DNA of 64,000 nt from Anthoceros angustus (lineage: Eukaryota; Plantae; Anthocerotophyta): contig VJWM01000197.1 of NCBI GenBank assembly GCA_010909165.1, positions 341,477 to 405,476 on the forward strand, read 5' to 3'. Shown one piece after another: positions 10,276 to 23,804 of the stretch. The first letter of the stretch is position 1. Every line of letters begins with the position of its first letter. Position numbers and translations under genes: made by a program. Below the pieces are notes generated by a model, which was given only the letters and a program-made list of their open reading frames with translations, had not been told where the DNA came from and did not search any database.

Positions 10276-12240
10276 ATGGATCCTGTTGGAAGCGCAGAGC
10301 CCAGGAATCGGGGACAGTTCTATTCTCAGGGCCAGGGGCCTGCGAGGCCGGCAGCGGTAGCGGCAGTAGATCAGGTTGGCCTGGGCTCGGCCTCCTCCTG
10401 CCATCTCCTTCTTTGTCCCCACGTTGGCCATGCACCGAAACAGCGTCTACCTCAACCTCTGCTGCTGCCTACAGGCGCCGGCTGCACCAGCTGGGCCCGG
10501 CGAGGGAAGAAGCACCGTGAAAATGTTGAGGGCAAGCTTCGATGCCCAGATCGCGGAGAGGATAGCCGCGCAGCGCCGGCTCGACGATGTTTCCAGGAAG
10601 GTAGCCTGTTGTGCTCCATGACATGCTGCTATGTTCCCAGGGTTCGGCATGCGTGCTCACAGCTCCGGCGTCGGCATCCTTCCTGGTGTGCAGAAGCCGG
10701 GGCCGGCTGCTGCGAGGCCGAACGTGTCTCTCACGCCGTTTCCTGGGTCGGTACCTTCTCCCGGTGGAGCTCAACAGGTTTGTCACGGAAGGGGAGGAGT
10801 GTGGTTTCGTGGTTCCAGGGTTTGTGCTCTGTGCTCATGGCCGGAACTGGATGCTGCATGATGCAGCTGCGGCCTCCATCTGCTGCTGTTTTGCCGTTTC
10901 CTGTCCCAGGCGCTGCTGCTGCTGCTCAGCCGCGCGCTGCTACGGCCTTTGTGCCTCCTCCGGTCCCGCCTCCTCCACCCTTTCCTGCAGGTGGAGGTGC
11001 GAGGCCGCGTGGGCCCTTCGTGCTTCTCAGTGTCCCTCTGGTTGGTACTCCGACTCTGCCGGTTGCGTTCAAGCGGCTGGACACGTTTCCCAAGGAGGGG
11101 CAGGGGCGTGCTGTGCCGGATCCGTCGGCGGGGTTGGGCCTGGGAGCCACTGGGCTTATTACCAACAGCAGCAAGCAGAGTAGGGCTTGGTGACAAGTCT
11201 GTCGACGGTCTTGCTTGATTCTGCATTCTCGTATGACTTCACATGATGATGTGGTCCGGTGGCCTCAGACAGGCACTGCTCAGACAGGGTTTCCTCAGAC
11301 TGGCACTCCTCGAGCAGGAACAGAATCGCCACGGCCGGCTGCCCAAGGACTTGCTAATGTGCCTACAGTAAGCATAACATCTTTCAGCACAAGGATGGCG
11401 TTGTGTATGTGAGCAAAACATGAGGAATGGAATGTTGGCAGGCAAGCAACCCCCGCACAGCAGTCCAGGGAACTGGGGTGCGAGGAGACAATCTTGAGGG
11501 GCAGCGGCAGGGGCAGGAACAGGTGGAAGCGAGGATGAAGGGAACTCAGGTTGTGTCCGTGAAACCAAAAGTGCTACACCACGAGTTGGAGGTGTGAACT
11601 TCAGGCAAATGGAACACAACTTGTTCATCATATGTGGAACCTCTATGAACATGTGATTTCTGCAGGTGGTCGATGATGAGGAAGGCGATGAATCCGATCA
11701 AATTCGAGGCCCTGACCAGGTGAACACTTTGGCCATATCTCTTCTCCAAACTTGCTACCACATGGACCTGATATCCCTCGAGGTATGAAATCAGAAAACT
11801 CGGAAAACAGGGCGAAACGAGCCTAAAGAGGCTGGGCTCATGAAGGCACACGAAAAGGAAATTGCCTCTCTAAGGAAGCAGCTCATCCTCATGCAACAAC
11901 AGGCTCAGTATGACGTTTCCTACTACCAACAAGAGGTTGGCAATGCCGCTGGCTATGTGTGCATTGATGGACTTCACTGAACCCTGTTTGTCACCTGATA
12001 CCAAACATGTGGGTGGGTCTGCAGCTGGTTGCGTTGCAGTGCGAGTTGGCTGAAGAACGCGCCACCAAGCAGCCTGGTTCAGGTTTGTCATGGTCGGCTG
12101 TAGATGAGCCTAATCTTCGGCAGCAGGTTATCAGTGTACTCAGGGACAGCATACAGAGGATGCAAAACCTGATGACTGCCCTCAAGCAAGAGCGAGAGAG
12201 GAATCGTGACCTCAGCTCGCAAGTACAGCAGGTCATGTGA
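10276..12240 (+). CDS. Predicted 9-exon orphan gene, Pro/Ala-rich N-terminus and coiled-coil C-terminus
   Basis: GT-AG introns of ~73-115 nt join exons starting at 10276, 10475, 10694, 10867, 11273, 11442, 11666, ~11795 and ~12025 into one phase-consistent open frame. Confidence 0.6.
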
Positions 12241-15200
12241 AGGGCGGTGCACAACTGGCATACCCGCATACCCGCAGACCGCCGTGTCACCGCATACGGC
12301 GGTATGCTGCGCAGTATGCTGGAAGGACGGAAGCGCCATTAAAAGAAAACTCTGTTGTCAGTGCAAAGAAGTTAGAGAAGTTTTTATGGAGGTGAAAAAA
12401 CGATGGGAAGAGTCCATCCAGAGGGGACAACCAAAGACCAGGGGTCGAGGTGGAGAGGGGGGTTGAGGTGGAGATTCTGGGCGCCGTGGAAAGGAGTAAC
12501 TGAGCTTCCTATCTAAAGTCACCTATTGCACCCATAATATTATATAGGAAGAATAAATGGTTTGCAAACCATGGAGGTGAAAGGAAGATCCGTCATTATC
12601 TGTCATTAACTTTCCGTGTGGAGGGTCATCGCTGAGAGTGCTCGTTGAAGGGTAATTGAAACCCGTTGTGGGAGGCATGGTAAGCTTTGGTACATGACTT
12701 GACAAATTTGTCAAAGTCTTCAGTCAATGCAAGTGGAAAAGAAGATGTGGCCCGCTTGCATCTTGCTATATTTGCAGACCTTGAGAGCCGCCGCCCCAGC
12801 AGCAAGCAGAGTAGGGCTTGGTGACAAGTCTGTCGACGGTCTTGCTTGATTCTGCATTCTCGTATGACTTCACATGATGATGTGGTCCGGTGGCCTCAGA
12901 CAGGCACTGCTCAGACAGGGTTTCCTCAGACTGGCACTCCTCGAGCAGGAACAGAATCGCCACGGCCGGCTGCCCAAGGACTTGCTAATGTGCCTACAGT
13001 AAGCATAACATCTTTCAGCACAAGGATGGCGTTGTGTATGTGAGCAAAACATGAGGAATGGAATGTTGGCAGGCAGCAACCTCGGACGCTAGTGATGACC
13101 GAGCGGAGATGGTGTCACGTGTACGATCGGTAACCACCACATCCGCCACGAAACTTGGTCGCCATGGACAAGGTATAGGTCACCCTAATTGAACGACCTA
13201 TATGGAGAGTATACCGCTCTCTCCGGTCATGTAGCCGCGAGCGATGGCGAACATGACATCGCTGGATGGCGTTGTGGTGGCAATGCGATGACCGTGGGGA
13301 CAATGAGCAAGGTGTGCCCCAAAATCATCGAGGCGGAGCGGCACTGCAAGTAAGGAGCGAAGAAGCCACGAGTTGGAGTAGGCCAAGACGAATCGCATCG
13401 CAGAGTGAAGGTGGTTGGTGCGATGTGAAAACCCCTGTGATGCATGGGCGGGCCAACAGCCAAGCACTGCGCCTTCCTGCAACAAGAGCGAGCCGCGCCT
13501 TGTGGACCCGGGATGGAGGGGTCCCGGAGGGCGATCGAAAGCGCCGAGCCGCTCGAGCAGGAACAGAATCGCCACGGCCGGCTGCCCAAGGACTTGCTAA
13601 TGTGCCTACAGTAAGCATAACATCTTTCAGCACAAGGATGGCGTTGTGTATGTGAGCAAAACATGAGGAATGGAATGTTGGCAGCAACCCCGCACAGCAG
13701 TCCAGGGAACTGGGGTGCGAGGAGACAATCTTGAGGCAGCGGCAGGGGCAGGAACAGGTGGAAGCGAGGATGAAGGGAACTCAGGTTGTGTCCGTGAAAC
13801 CAAAAGTGCTACACCACGAGTTGGAGGTGTGAACTTCAGGCAAATGGAACACAACTTGTTCATCATATGTGGAACCTCTATGAACATGTGATTTCTGCAG
13901 GTGGTCGATGATGAGGAAGGCGATGAATCCGATCAAATTCGAGGCCCTGACCAGGTGAACACTTTGGCCATATCTCTTCTCCAAACTTGCTACCACATGG
14001 ACCTGATATCCCTCGAGGTATGAAATCAGAAAACTCGGAAAACAGGGCGAAACGAGCCTAAAGAGGCTGGGCTCATGAAGGCACACGAAAAGGAAATTGC
14101 CTCTCTAAGGAAGCAGCTCATCCTCATGCAACAACAGGCTCAGTATGACGTTTCCTACTACCAACAAGAGGTTGGCAATGCCGCTGGCTATGTGTGCATT
14201 GATGGACTTCACTGAACCCTGTTTGTCACCTGATACCAAACATGTGGGTGGGTCTGCAGCTGGTTGCGTTGCAGTGCGAGTTGGCTGAAGAACGCGCCAC
14301 CAAGCAGCCTGGTTCAGGTTTGTCATGGTCGGCTGTAGATGAGCCTAATCTTCGGCAGCAGGTTATCAGTGTACTCAGGGACAGCATACAGAGGATGCAA
14401 AACCTGATGACTGCCCTCAAGCAAGAGCGAGAGGAATCGTGACCTCAGCTCGTACAGCAGGTCATGTGAAGGGCGGTGCACAACTGGCATACCCGCATAC
14501 CCGCAGACCGCCGTGTCACCGCATACGGCGGTATGCTGCGCAGTATGCTGGAAGGACGGAAGCGCCATTAAAAGAAAACTCTGTTGTCAGTGCAAAGAAG
14601 TTAGAGAAGTTTTATGGAGGTGAAAAACGATGGGAAGAGTCCATCCAGAGGGACAACCAAAGACCAGGGGTCGAGGTGGAGAGGGGTTGAGGTGGAGATT
14701 CTGGGCGCCGTGAAAGGAGTAACTGAGCTTCCTATCTAAAGTCACCTATTGCACCCATAATATTATATAGGAAGAATAAATGGTTTGCAAACCATGGAGG
14801 TGAAAGGAAGATCCGTCATTATCTGTCATTAACTTTCCGTGGAGGGTCATCGCTGAGAGTGCTCGTTGAAGGGTAATTGAAACCCGTTGTGGGAGGCATG
14901 GTAAGCTTTGGTACATGACTTGACAAATTTGTCAAAGTCTTCAGTCAATGCAAGTGGAAAAGAAGATGTGGCCCGCTTGCATCTTGCTATATTTGCAGAC
15001 CTTGAGAGCCGCTGCTCCAGTAGCAGCCCAACCTGGATAGTTAGTGATAACTTGAGTGGAGATGGTGTCACGTGTACGATCGGTAACCACCACATCCGCC
15101 ACCGAAACTTGGTCGCCATGGACAAGGTATAGGTCACCCCTAATTGAACGACCTATATGGAGAGTATACTGCCGCTCTCTCCAGGTCATGTAGCCGCTTT

Positions 15201-16410
15201 CGCGAGCGATGGCGAACATGACATCGCTGGATGGCGTTGTGGTGGCAATGCGATGACCGTGGGGACAATGAGCAAGGTGTGCCCCAAAATCATCGAGGCG
15301 GAGCGGCACTGCAAGTAAGGAGCGAAGAAGCCACGAGTTGGAGTAGGCCAAGACGAATCGCATCGCAGAGTGAAGGTGGTTGGTGCGATGTGAAAACCCC
15401 TGTGATGCATGGGCGGGCCAACAGCCAAGCACTGCGCCTTCCTGCAACAAGAGGTTGGCAATGCCGCTGGCTATGTGTGCATTGATGGACTTCACTGAAC
15501 CCTGTTGTCACCTGATACCAAACATGTGGGTGGGTCTGCAGCTGGTTGCGTTGCAGTGCGAGTTGGCTGAAGAACGCGCCACCAAGCAGCCTGGTTCAGG
15601 TTTGTCATGGTCGGCTGTAGATGAGCCTAATCTTCGGCAGCAGGTTATCAGTGTACTCAGGGACAGCATACAGAGGATGCAAAACCTGATGACTGCCCTC
15701 AAGCAAGAGCGAGCCGCGCCTTGTGGACCCGGGATGGAGGGGTCCCGGAGGCGATCGAAAGCGCCGAGCCGCTCGAGCAGAGATGCTCGCAACCCCTCGA
15801 AACCATCAAGAATAAATGGTTTGCAAACCATGGAGGTGAAAGGAAGATCCGTCATTATCTGTCATTAACTTTCCGTGTGGAGGGTCATCGCTGAGAGTGC
15901 TCGTTGAAGGGTAATTGAAACCCGTTGTGGGAGGCATGGTAAGCTTTGGTACATGACTTGACAAATTTGTCAAAGTCTTCAGTCAATGCAAGTGGAAAAG
16001 AAGATGTGGCCCGCTTGCATCTTGCTATATTTGCAGACCTTGAGAGCCGCCGGCTGTGAGCCCAACCTGGATAGTTAGTGATAACTTGAGTGGAGATGGT
16101 GTCACGTGTACGATCGGTAACCACCACATCCGCCACCGAAACTTGGTCGCCATGGACAAGGTATAGGTCACCCCTAATTGAACGACCTATATGGAGAGTA
16201 TACTGCCGCTCTCTCCAGGTCATGTAGCCGCTTTCGCGAGCGATAGCGAACATGACATCGCGGATGGCGTTGTGAGTGGCAATGCGATGACCCCGTGGGG
16301 ACAATGAGCAAGGTGTGCCCCAAAATCATCGAGGGCAGAGCGGCACTCGCAAGTAAGGAGCGAAGAAGCCACAGGTTGGAGTAGGCCAAGACGAAATCGC
16401 ATCGCAGTAG
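11166..16410. repeat. Block-shuffled near-identical segmental duplications of orphan-gene 3' part and CRE 3' part
   Basis: 11309-12790 recurs at ~13552-15010; 11166-11450 at ~12798-13080; 11927-12195 at ~15445-15713; 12549-12790 at ~15808-16050; CRE block at ~13100, ~15030 and ~16060. Confidence 0.9.
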
Positions 16411-18620
16411 TGAAGCTGCCGGGGAAGAGACCTCCAGCGAGAACAGACCTGTGCCTCCAAATTGCATAGGTAGGGATGCTTGCCAGCGGGCCAAATCGCC
16501 CACCGGGCACTCAAAAGGCCCTGAACCCGGGATGTCCCTAAGAGTATCCATAATCTTCCTATCAAACCGCCGCAGCCGAGACAAAAGGGTCGGGGACGTA
16601 GGCAGCGTACGGATGAGATAACCAGGGCGCCTAGCAAAACAGGAGGAAAGAATTCCAAAGGCCACCTGTATATCCTCCAGCAAAGGGAGGTCATCGACAT
16701 GGGAAAGGTCCTCTGCGAGAACCTGGTCCAGGAAGCTCTCGATGAAGTCAGGGGAACTGAAGGGGACCCCTAGAATACGCAGTCCCAAATCCGGAGCAAT
16801 CTCCATAGCGGGAAACTGAAAAGTAGGTGGAATCCCCGACGGAGACCAAACGCGGCACTTGGACAACTTGACCTTCAAGCCCACCAAAGAAAGCTCATGA
16901 GAAAAGAGCTCAAAGGCCTCCTTGACTTTGTTCCCAGGCCCGAGGATGTGAGAATCGTATGCCAGTGAAGGAAAGACATTGTCGCGCACTGAGAAGGTGG
17001 CCCTAGATAGGCCCTATAGTAAGCAATGGCGAAGAGAGCACCACCCAGGGGATTGCCTTGCCTGGTATCTGTGGCCGATTCCAAGACAGAGACAACAAAT
17101 CCTGAAGAGATGTTCTTGTGCTGGTAGTAGAGGTTGGAGGACCTCCCGTAGAAGCACCGGACAAAAGGTATAAGGCTCCCCAGAACGCCGCCAGCATCCC
17201 TAAGCTCCTCGAAGATGACGCTCCTAGAAATGGTATTGAAGGCGTTCTCGACATCAACCTGTAAGACCACCCACTCCGGATGCGTATCAAGGCATGCCTT
17301 CACTCCAAGCACCATAGACTCACAGCCCCCCGGAGTAGCAATACCAAATTGAAGGGGGTTGAGGTGTTGTTGAAGAAGGGAGCGGCACTGAAGGACAATA
17401 GTGCGGTTGAGAAGCCGCATGAAGGCTTCCCCGACCGCGAGTGGACGCACGCCCGAGCCTGGGGCTGGGTTGTCCATAGCGACAAGCCTGCTCGCTGCAG
17501 GAACATGGGAAATCCGTTGAGGCGTCTCACCCCGAGCCACCGCAGCGGCCAGAGAAAAGAGCTCCGGGAAGCCACTAGATGGATCTTTGGGGAGAAAAAG
17601 GTCCCTTAGGTGTTCAAACACCATTCCTAACAACTCGGCAGATGAAAGACGTGGGGTGTAGAGAGTGCCAGAGTAAAAGCTGCCCGATCTAGGGAGAAGG
17701 GGTCCTCCGGGACATAGTCGGGTATGTCCGCAAGGATGGCATCCTTGGGTGCTGGATGGAGGGCATAGAGGGCAATAATGGTCTCTTCAGAAGCGGGGGC
17801 CAGGGAGAGGGGTCGAAGAGCCCTGGCAACGCGAGCATATTTACCTGCCTGGCCAAGCAACTTGCAACGATGCAGGTTTGTTGCATTACCCAGGACCTGT
17901 TCCAACTGCTGTGCGGATTCCGCCCGAGCCTTGGCAGCACGCAAAGTCTCCTCCTGGAGGGATGCCAAGTCACCAGCCCGAAAGCGCCGAAGATGGATAG
18001 CAACTTTCGTGGAAGCCCCACCCCTAGTACAACGAAGACACCACCGAGGGAGAAGCAGGAGAAGGCACCAAGCTAACTCGTCCTTGGGATCGAGCGCAAG
18101 GCGATCCAATGGAAGACGGAACGCCAAACGTGCATCATCATGAAGGTGGCGGGGAAGCCTGCGGAAGATGCGTGGGCATGGAAAGCGGGTTTCAAACATC
18201 CTAAGGATGTGATCCAATCACCTGGCCACACCATTCCGGAAGAGAGAGGCATTTGAGGACCATACTGACGGAGCTCGCACACGAATCGGAGGAAGTCGCA
18301 ATGTGCACTTGGGTAGCCCAAGTAGTCTGGTCGAAATCTTTATGCATGTGCCCAATGTGGGTTTTCACCCCCTTGACACTGCTGCAGAGTTGAGCATGGA
18401 CACGAGTGTCCTCGAGCGATCTGAAGGTGTAGACCGCCCCATTGGGTAGGGTACTAAAAGAGCCTGCAAACGCCAGCCAGAGGGTGACAGGGCCGAGGAG
18501 GTACCAAGGACCGGGGACAAAACGAGCCCAGTCTTTATCGGACATACGGAGTGTGAGCTCTGTATGGCGAACCCTAAAGAGCCATGCCTAGAGGGACTGC
18601 AACCCACTGCCATAGTATTC
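15808..18620 (-). mobile_element. CRE-clade (RLE-type) non-LTR retrotransposon, frameshifted
   Basis: N-terminal zinc-finger-like C..VKGVKTHIGHMH; RT motifs RPLAVGE, LQFGIATPGGCE, DVENAFNTISR, TRQGNPLG, degenerate YxDD, GLKVKLSKC, ILGVPF; LPMQFGGTG; CCHC knuckle CEC..H..HC..HNAIRD; RLE RGDL..VADVVVT. Confidence 0.88.
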
Positions 18621-18808
18621 ATTATGTTATTGGTAGAATTTTCTTGTCACAAGTTAGAACTTGGATTCTCATGTCACTTACTCCTCTTGGTCCGATAACC
18701 ATGGCCTAGGTTTGGTTACACATTCGTATGCTCATGCTTGCAATCGCGATGGTCCTGTAACTAATTAATGACACATAGGTAGCAATGAATGACACATAAA
18801 CAGTTTTG

Positions 18809-18964
18809 CATTTAGTCATAACCTATAGTGGGCAGTGGATTCTACCACAGCTGAGGGTAGGAAAAAAACAACTTTTAGGATGGCACATTCAGTCATAACC
18901 TATGGTGGGCAGTGGATTTGACCACAGCTGAGGGAAGGCCAAAAAAAAACACTTTTAGGATGGC
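18809..18964. repeat. 77-bp tandem duplication upstream of the CRE ORF
   Basis: agtcataacctat.gtgggcagtggatt..accacagctgaggg..acttttaggatggc twice. Confidence 0.9.
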
Positions 18965-19475
18965 TTCGCTTGCTCCCGTATGCCGATGTGGCACGAGTCA
19001 CCCGACAACCAAATTACTTGGTTATTTGAAGGGTGTCTTAGCATGCTCCCTATTGCCTACACACAACACAAAGTACGGTTAAATGCTTGTGTACAGTACA
19101 CAGGTGAGTCCTCATAGCCCGACTCCCTGCTACCGCTAATGGTCGATGCCCACTAGTGTGTGCTACAATTGTGTGCAGGGAGGCTAGCCTTTCTCTTTTC
19201 ATCTTGTATCCTATGTTGAATACTACATATATATATGCAGGGAATGACAAGCGAGAGATAGACAACCTATAGACAATGATGCTTCGTCCGTTCTCTTTGT
19301 CAATGGCACATCGGACGCTCTACCATCCAGCGATAGAGACAATCCATGGCTAGTAGGCGCCCGCCTTGATGCTTTCACGCGGTCGGCATGCAACTTAAGC
19401 ATGATCTGGATATAGGAGAAGGGCAATGACATGTCGACGCCCACATTTCAACATATACCTGTGCTTCACAATTGT

Positions 19476-20226
19476 TGTCACACAGGTTAGTTGGTGAAGT
19501 GGTTAGTTGTGTGAGCTATGAAAGGAAGTCTTGGGATCGCGTAGCCATTAGTTTAGTTGGAGTTGCCATTAGTTTACCTGGAGTTTCGAGTTGCCATTAG
19601 TTTACCTGGAGTTTCGAGTTGCCATTAGTTTAGCTGGAGTTTTCATTAGTTTAGCTAGAGTTTCGAGTTGCCATTAGTTTAGCTGGAGTTTCTATTAGTT
19701 TCGCTGGAGTTTCGAGTTGCCATTAGTTGCATGTCTAGAGGGCCTCCTCGCAACACTCTTGTATTGCATATCTAGAGGGCCTCCTCACAACACTCTTGCA
19801 TTGCATATCTAGAGGGCCTCCTCACAACACTCTTGCACTGCATATCTAGAGGGCCTCCTCACAACACTCTTGCATTGCATATTTAGAGGACAAGCTATGA
19901 TATGAGATTGTCCTCTGTTAAAGAGTCTATATATACTAGCCCTTGGCATCAGTATATTCCTAAGATATCCTATTGGCATCAGCATATGCCGGAAATATCA
20001 TAAGAATACACTATAACATACAAGGAATGTGCTGAAGCATATTACTTGTGCTTATCCACTTAGCTATTGATAACCATGTTTAATTAACACTAATCAATAC
20101 TTAATTAACACAAGCACTTTAGATTAATTAATACGAATTACTTACTTAAATATAAGTAATCAGCATTAATTATTGCTAATCAAACACTAAACCCAAGTGC
20201 CGAGATTAGTGTCACACGGCATGACA
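19476..20226. mobile_element. Putative solo LTR (~750 bp) with internal ~28-bp and 37-bp tandem arrays
   Basis: TGTCA...TGACA termini; the 20226 end coincides with the homology boundary of an inverted copy at 61547. No matching TSD or PBS seen. Confidence 0.55.
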
Positions 20227-20349
20227 AAGTCAAGTTTGAGGGTATGGTGGCTTATTTCATTGATGATGAGTTGGTCATCCGCGAACCGAAGACTGCTGGA
20301 TCTCTCCCACAGGGCTGTGGGGTCCGTGTTGGTTCCCTTTGCCTGGCTT

Positions 20350-21060
20350 CTTGGAACTGCAATGGCTCTATCAACTGTAATCTAGGCAGAATGCTGGACC
20401 TGCTTACGCGCCGGGATAGCTGAGATATTGTGTTTTTATCTGAAACTCATGAGCATCATACTCGCGCTCTCCGGTCCTTCTCCAGATACCTTCCGACACC
20501 ATGTTTCCAGCAACTCTTGTAAAGCTTTTGGGGGTATTGCGTGCTACTTTCAGGAATCCTTGGGAGCTTCTATCTCTCTTGTTCGGCATTACAAGCTTAG
20601 TACTGGCCTTTGGATCCGAATTGCTACTACCCTTTTCTCTTCTCCGCGTGACCTTTATGTGGGTGATGTTACTTTTCTCCCACTTCCTCCATATATGCCA
20701 AGAGCGGCAACCCATATGCCGATCTCTTTGAGTTCTCCCCTGTTGCAGACATCCTTCTTTTTAAAGACTTCAACAATTGGACTGGCTGTTAGCAGGCCGT
20801 TATTTATGATGCTTTGGATTTTGGCAGGATTTTTCCTCTTGACCCTTTTGACCTTGGCCTCAACAAGCTCTCCTCCGACACCCACCTCGTCAACACCTGT
20901 GGCGCTACTCTTTTGCGCCTTGTTGTCTCACAACATGGTCATCTTCAACGGACTCCCCCGCTGGCCGGACAGTTTGGAAAATTCATTTTTCAGTACCGAC
21001 AGGCACTCCTCTAGCAGGCTAGACTATGTTATTGGTAATGTTGAGCTCCTTTCGCGTATG
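20350..21060 (+). mobile_element. Degenerate LINE apurinic endonuclease fragment
   Basis: Across frameshifts: DIVFLSETH, GGIACYF, LWIRI, DFNNWTG, VNTCGATLL, IFNG, SRLDYVI. Confidence 0.8.
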
Positions 21061-23454
21061 TCCAAGCTGCGAACCATTGATTCTTGGAGATCACCATCAA
21101 AAGATTCAAGTCCATCTCGAAGTCAAAGCAAAGATGGGGGTGAGCCCCTGCCAGGTCGCCTGCTGGAAACTGCCTCAGATCCACTCAATGTGATAGAACT
21201 CTTCTCCTCCGAGACTTCAAGCTGGGGAGGATTCCCCAACAATGTTGATGAGGTGTCCACAACACACAATCTGCAAGTCCAAGCTGAAGATGTTACTCAC
21301 AATGTTGTGTGTGAAGGTAGCCCAACCCTACTAGAAAAGGCAGCCTATGTTACAGTCATTGTTGCAATTTTATGTTACACTTCTAAATTGCAACATGCTA
21401 TGTAGGCTTGGTATTAAGTTTGACACTATTCCCTTCTCATGCTATCACCATCTTAACACGAACCTGGCTCTCTCTCTCATCACCTCACCCTCCTAAGTAC
21501 ACCCTCCCTCTCACAAGCATTGTTTATGATTTCAAACATATACTATGAAAACTTGCTTATGTTACAGTCCTTTGTTACAATTTCATGTAACACTTTCCAT
21601 TTGCAACACGCATTAAGTTAGTTGGCTTGGTGTTAAGTTTGTCTCCTCTTAACACCTCCTCCTCCTCTTCCTCTTCTGCCTCCTGGAGAGAGAAGGAGGG
21701 AGGACTAGGGGGGGGGAGAACATTCAGGTGCGTTAAAAAAGAGCCAGTGGAAGTCGACAGTTCGTGGCCGTGGGGGGGACACGTAATGGCGGTGACGCAG
21801 AGGAGAACATGGAGGCAGAAGAGGAGGCGGTCGATGAAATTCAAGATGTGCCTTTTGAGGAGGCACTGGAAAGAGAAAAATAGGCTGTTGTGCTAGAAAT
21901 TTGGGACATAAAGATACGTCAAGATTTGCACAAATGGTAAATACAAAGTACCATATAATAAACATGTACAGACCAGCATATGTACGTAACTCGTATGACA
22001 TACATATTTATTACATACAAAATATAATATGAACATATATCATTGAAAATATGATACCGTATATGTCACCGTAAACGATACACGTATAGTACAAAGAACG
22101 TATTGATATGAGCATTTATGTGTGGTGGTATTGATAGGCGTATTAGTAGTAATGACTATGTAAAACTTGCTATTCCATAGGGCAAAAGTAAAAAGAGAAT
22201 GGTAGGTGGGGAGGAGATTCGGTACCAAGCCTAGAAAAGTGTTACAAGACTTTTCTTGTAACACTTTATATGTTGCAATCTTGAGAGAGGACAAAAGCAC
22301 CTCTCACTTCATCTCAACATAATTGCAACACCCTTGCAACATGATTGCAACAAAAGCGCTGGTCTATATCTAGTTTGATGGCGTTGGAGCCTCCACTTGT
22401 GCTCTTTGCCGTTGGCCAATTGCGATCCACTTCCATTGTGGAACCCCGGTAGCCACATCTTCCTCCTCCAGTATGGGGCGTATGTCCCACTCCATTGCCC
22501 TCCCCCTCCTTCCCCTAAACCCAAACTTAACTATGGAGGAAGCTCGCAGGCTGGTTGATGCTTTGCCTACTAAGGCTGATGCTCGTGATTTTTGCAGGCG
22601 CCTGATGATCATGGGGAGGTGTTTCGGGGAAATCATCATAATGAGTCAGGTGCCCACTCTCTATCGCCCTGATATAAATGATTGGATTGAGGGGCTGCGC
22701 GTGAATATCCGCTTGTTGTATGGCGCGTGAATATCCGCTTGTTGTATGACGCGGTGCAGCGACGATGTGAAGAAGGCGAGGCATAGAAATGGCCATGGGA
22801 CGACGCGCGCAGGCGGAGCAGGAATAGTAGTGTGGCTACATTTTTTACAACCAGAGATTCCTGCAGTCTTAGAAATTGTGATTTTGGCCTTTACGTAAAG
22901 GTGGCTTCAGTATCATGAGCCTGTTTCATTGCTGCAAGGCTTTAAATTTGTGAGCCTGTTTAATTTTCCTTTTGCTTGCTGCTGTTTTTACTGCTTATTG
23001 CTGTTTCAACTGCCATGGTGCTGTTTGAGAGGTGTTAAGGTACCATGCCATGAGTTGGTACTGTAACACGCGGAGTTCATTTACATGTGGGATTGTAAAC
23101 CCCAACGCCTGCCCGAGGTTGAACATTCCTGCGGTGATCGCGACATCCCATTGGAGAAATGGTTTTCCCCCGCAATTGCTCCATGGATTCTGGGCTTGAT
23201 TGAGTGTCTTATAAGCCCTTCGGTAGGGTCTCGTTGTTACACAAGACTCTCCGTTTACATCCATTCACAAGCCGTTTAATTTCAACAAAAGGAGGTCGTA
23301 ATAAGTCAAAGCACAATATTTATATAGCAACCCATAGGATAATTGCGCTTAAAATGTAGGTTACAATGTAATTTATTATAATAATTTATTTCACGGTAAT
23401 CGGTTGTAAATCAAGGTCAATGCTTTACAAAAGCCATCCGGACCTGCCCATTTA

Positions 23455-23804
23455 CGAGGGAAGGTACATACAAGGTAATTTGCTAGTTCTAAAATGCAAT
23501 TGCAAACCATGGCCTCGTACTTACAACACATGTGATTTACAACAATGCATACAAAGGCAAAAATTGATGACGTTGTGAACCGGGCTTCAACCGCAGCAAC
23601 GATCCCCACCAAAGCATATTAACAATATGCGAGGGAAGGTACATACAAGGTAATTTGCTAGTTCTAAAATGCAATTGCAAACCATGGCCTCGTACTTACA
23701 ACACATGTGATTTACAACAATGCATACAAAGGCAAAAATTGATGACGTTGTGAACCGGGCTTCAACCGCAGCAACGATCCCCACCAAAGCATATTAACAA
23801 TATG
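23455..23804. repeat. 175-bp tandem duplication, apparently exact
   Basis: cgagggaaggtacatac...aacaatatg at 23455-23629 and 23630-23804. Confidence 0.95.

Noticed and set aside
10220-10340. LRIELSP..RIHPVF on the minus strand resembling Ty3 integrase C-terminus
   Set aside because: Short match, no other integrase motifs, and it overlaps exon 1 of the plus-strand model.
22300-23300. Short ORFs with Cys/His pattern
   Set aside because: Interrupted by stops and a small duplication; no recognisable family.
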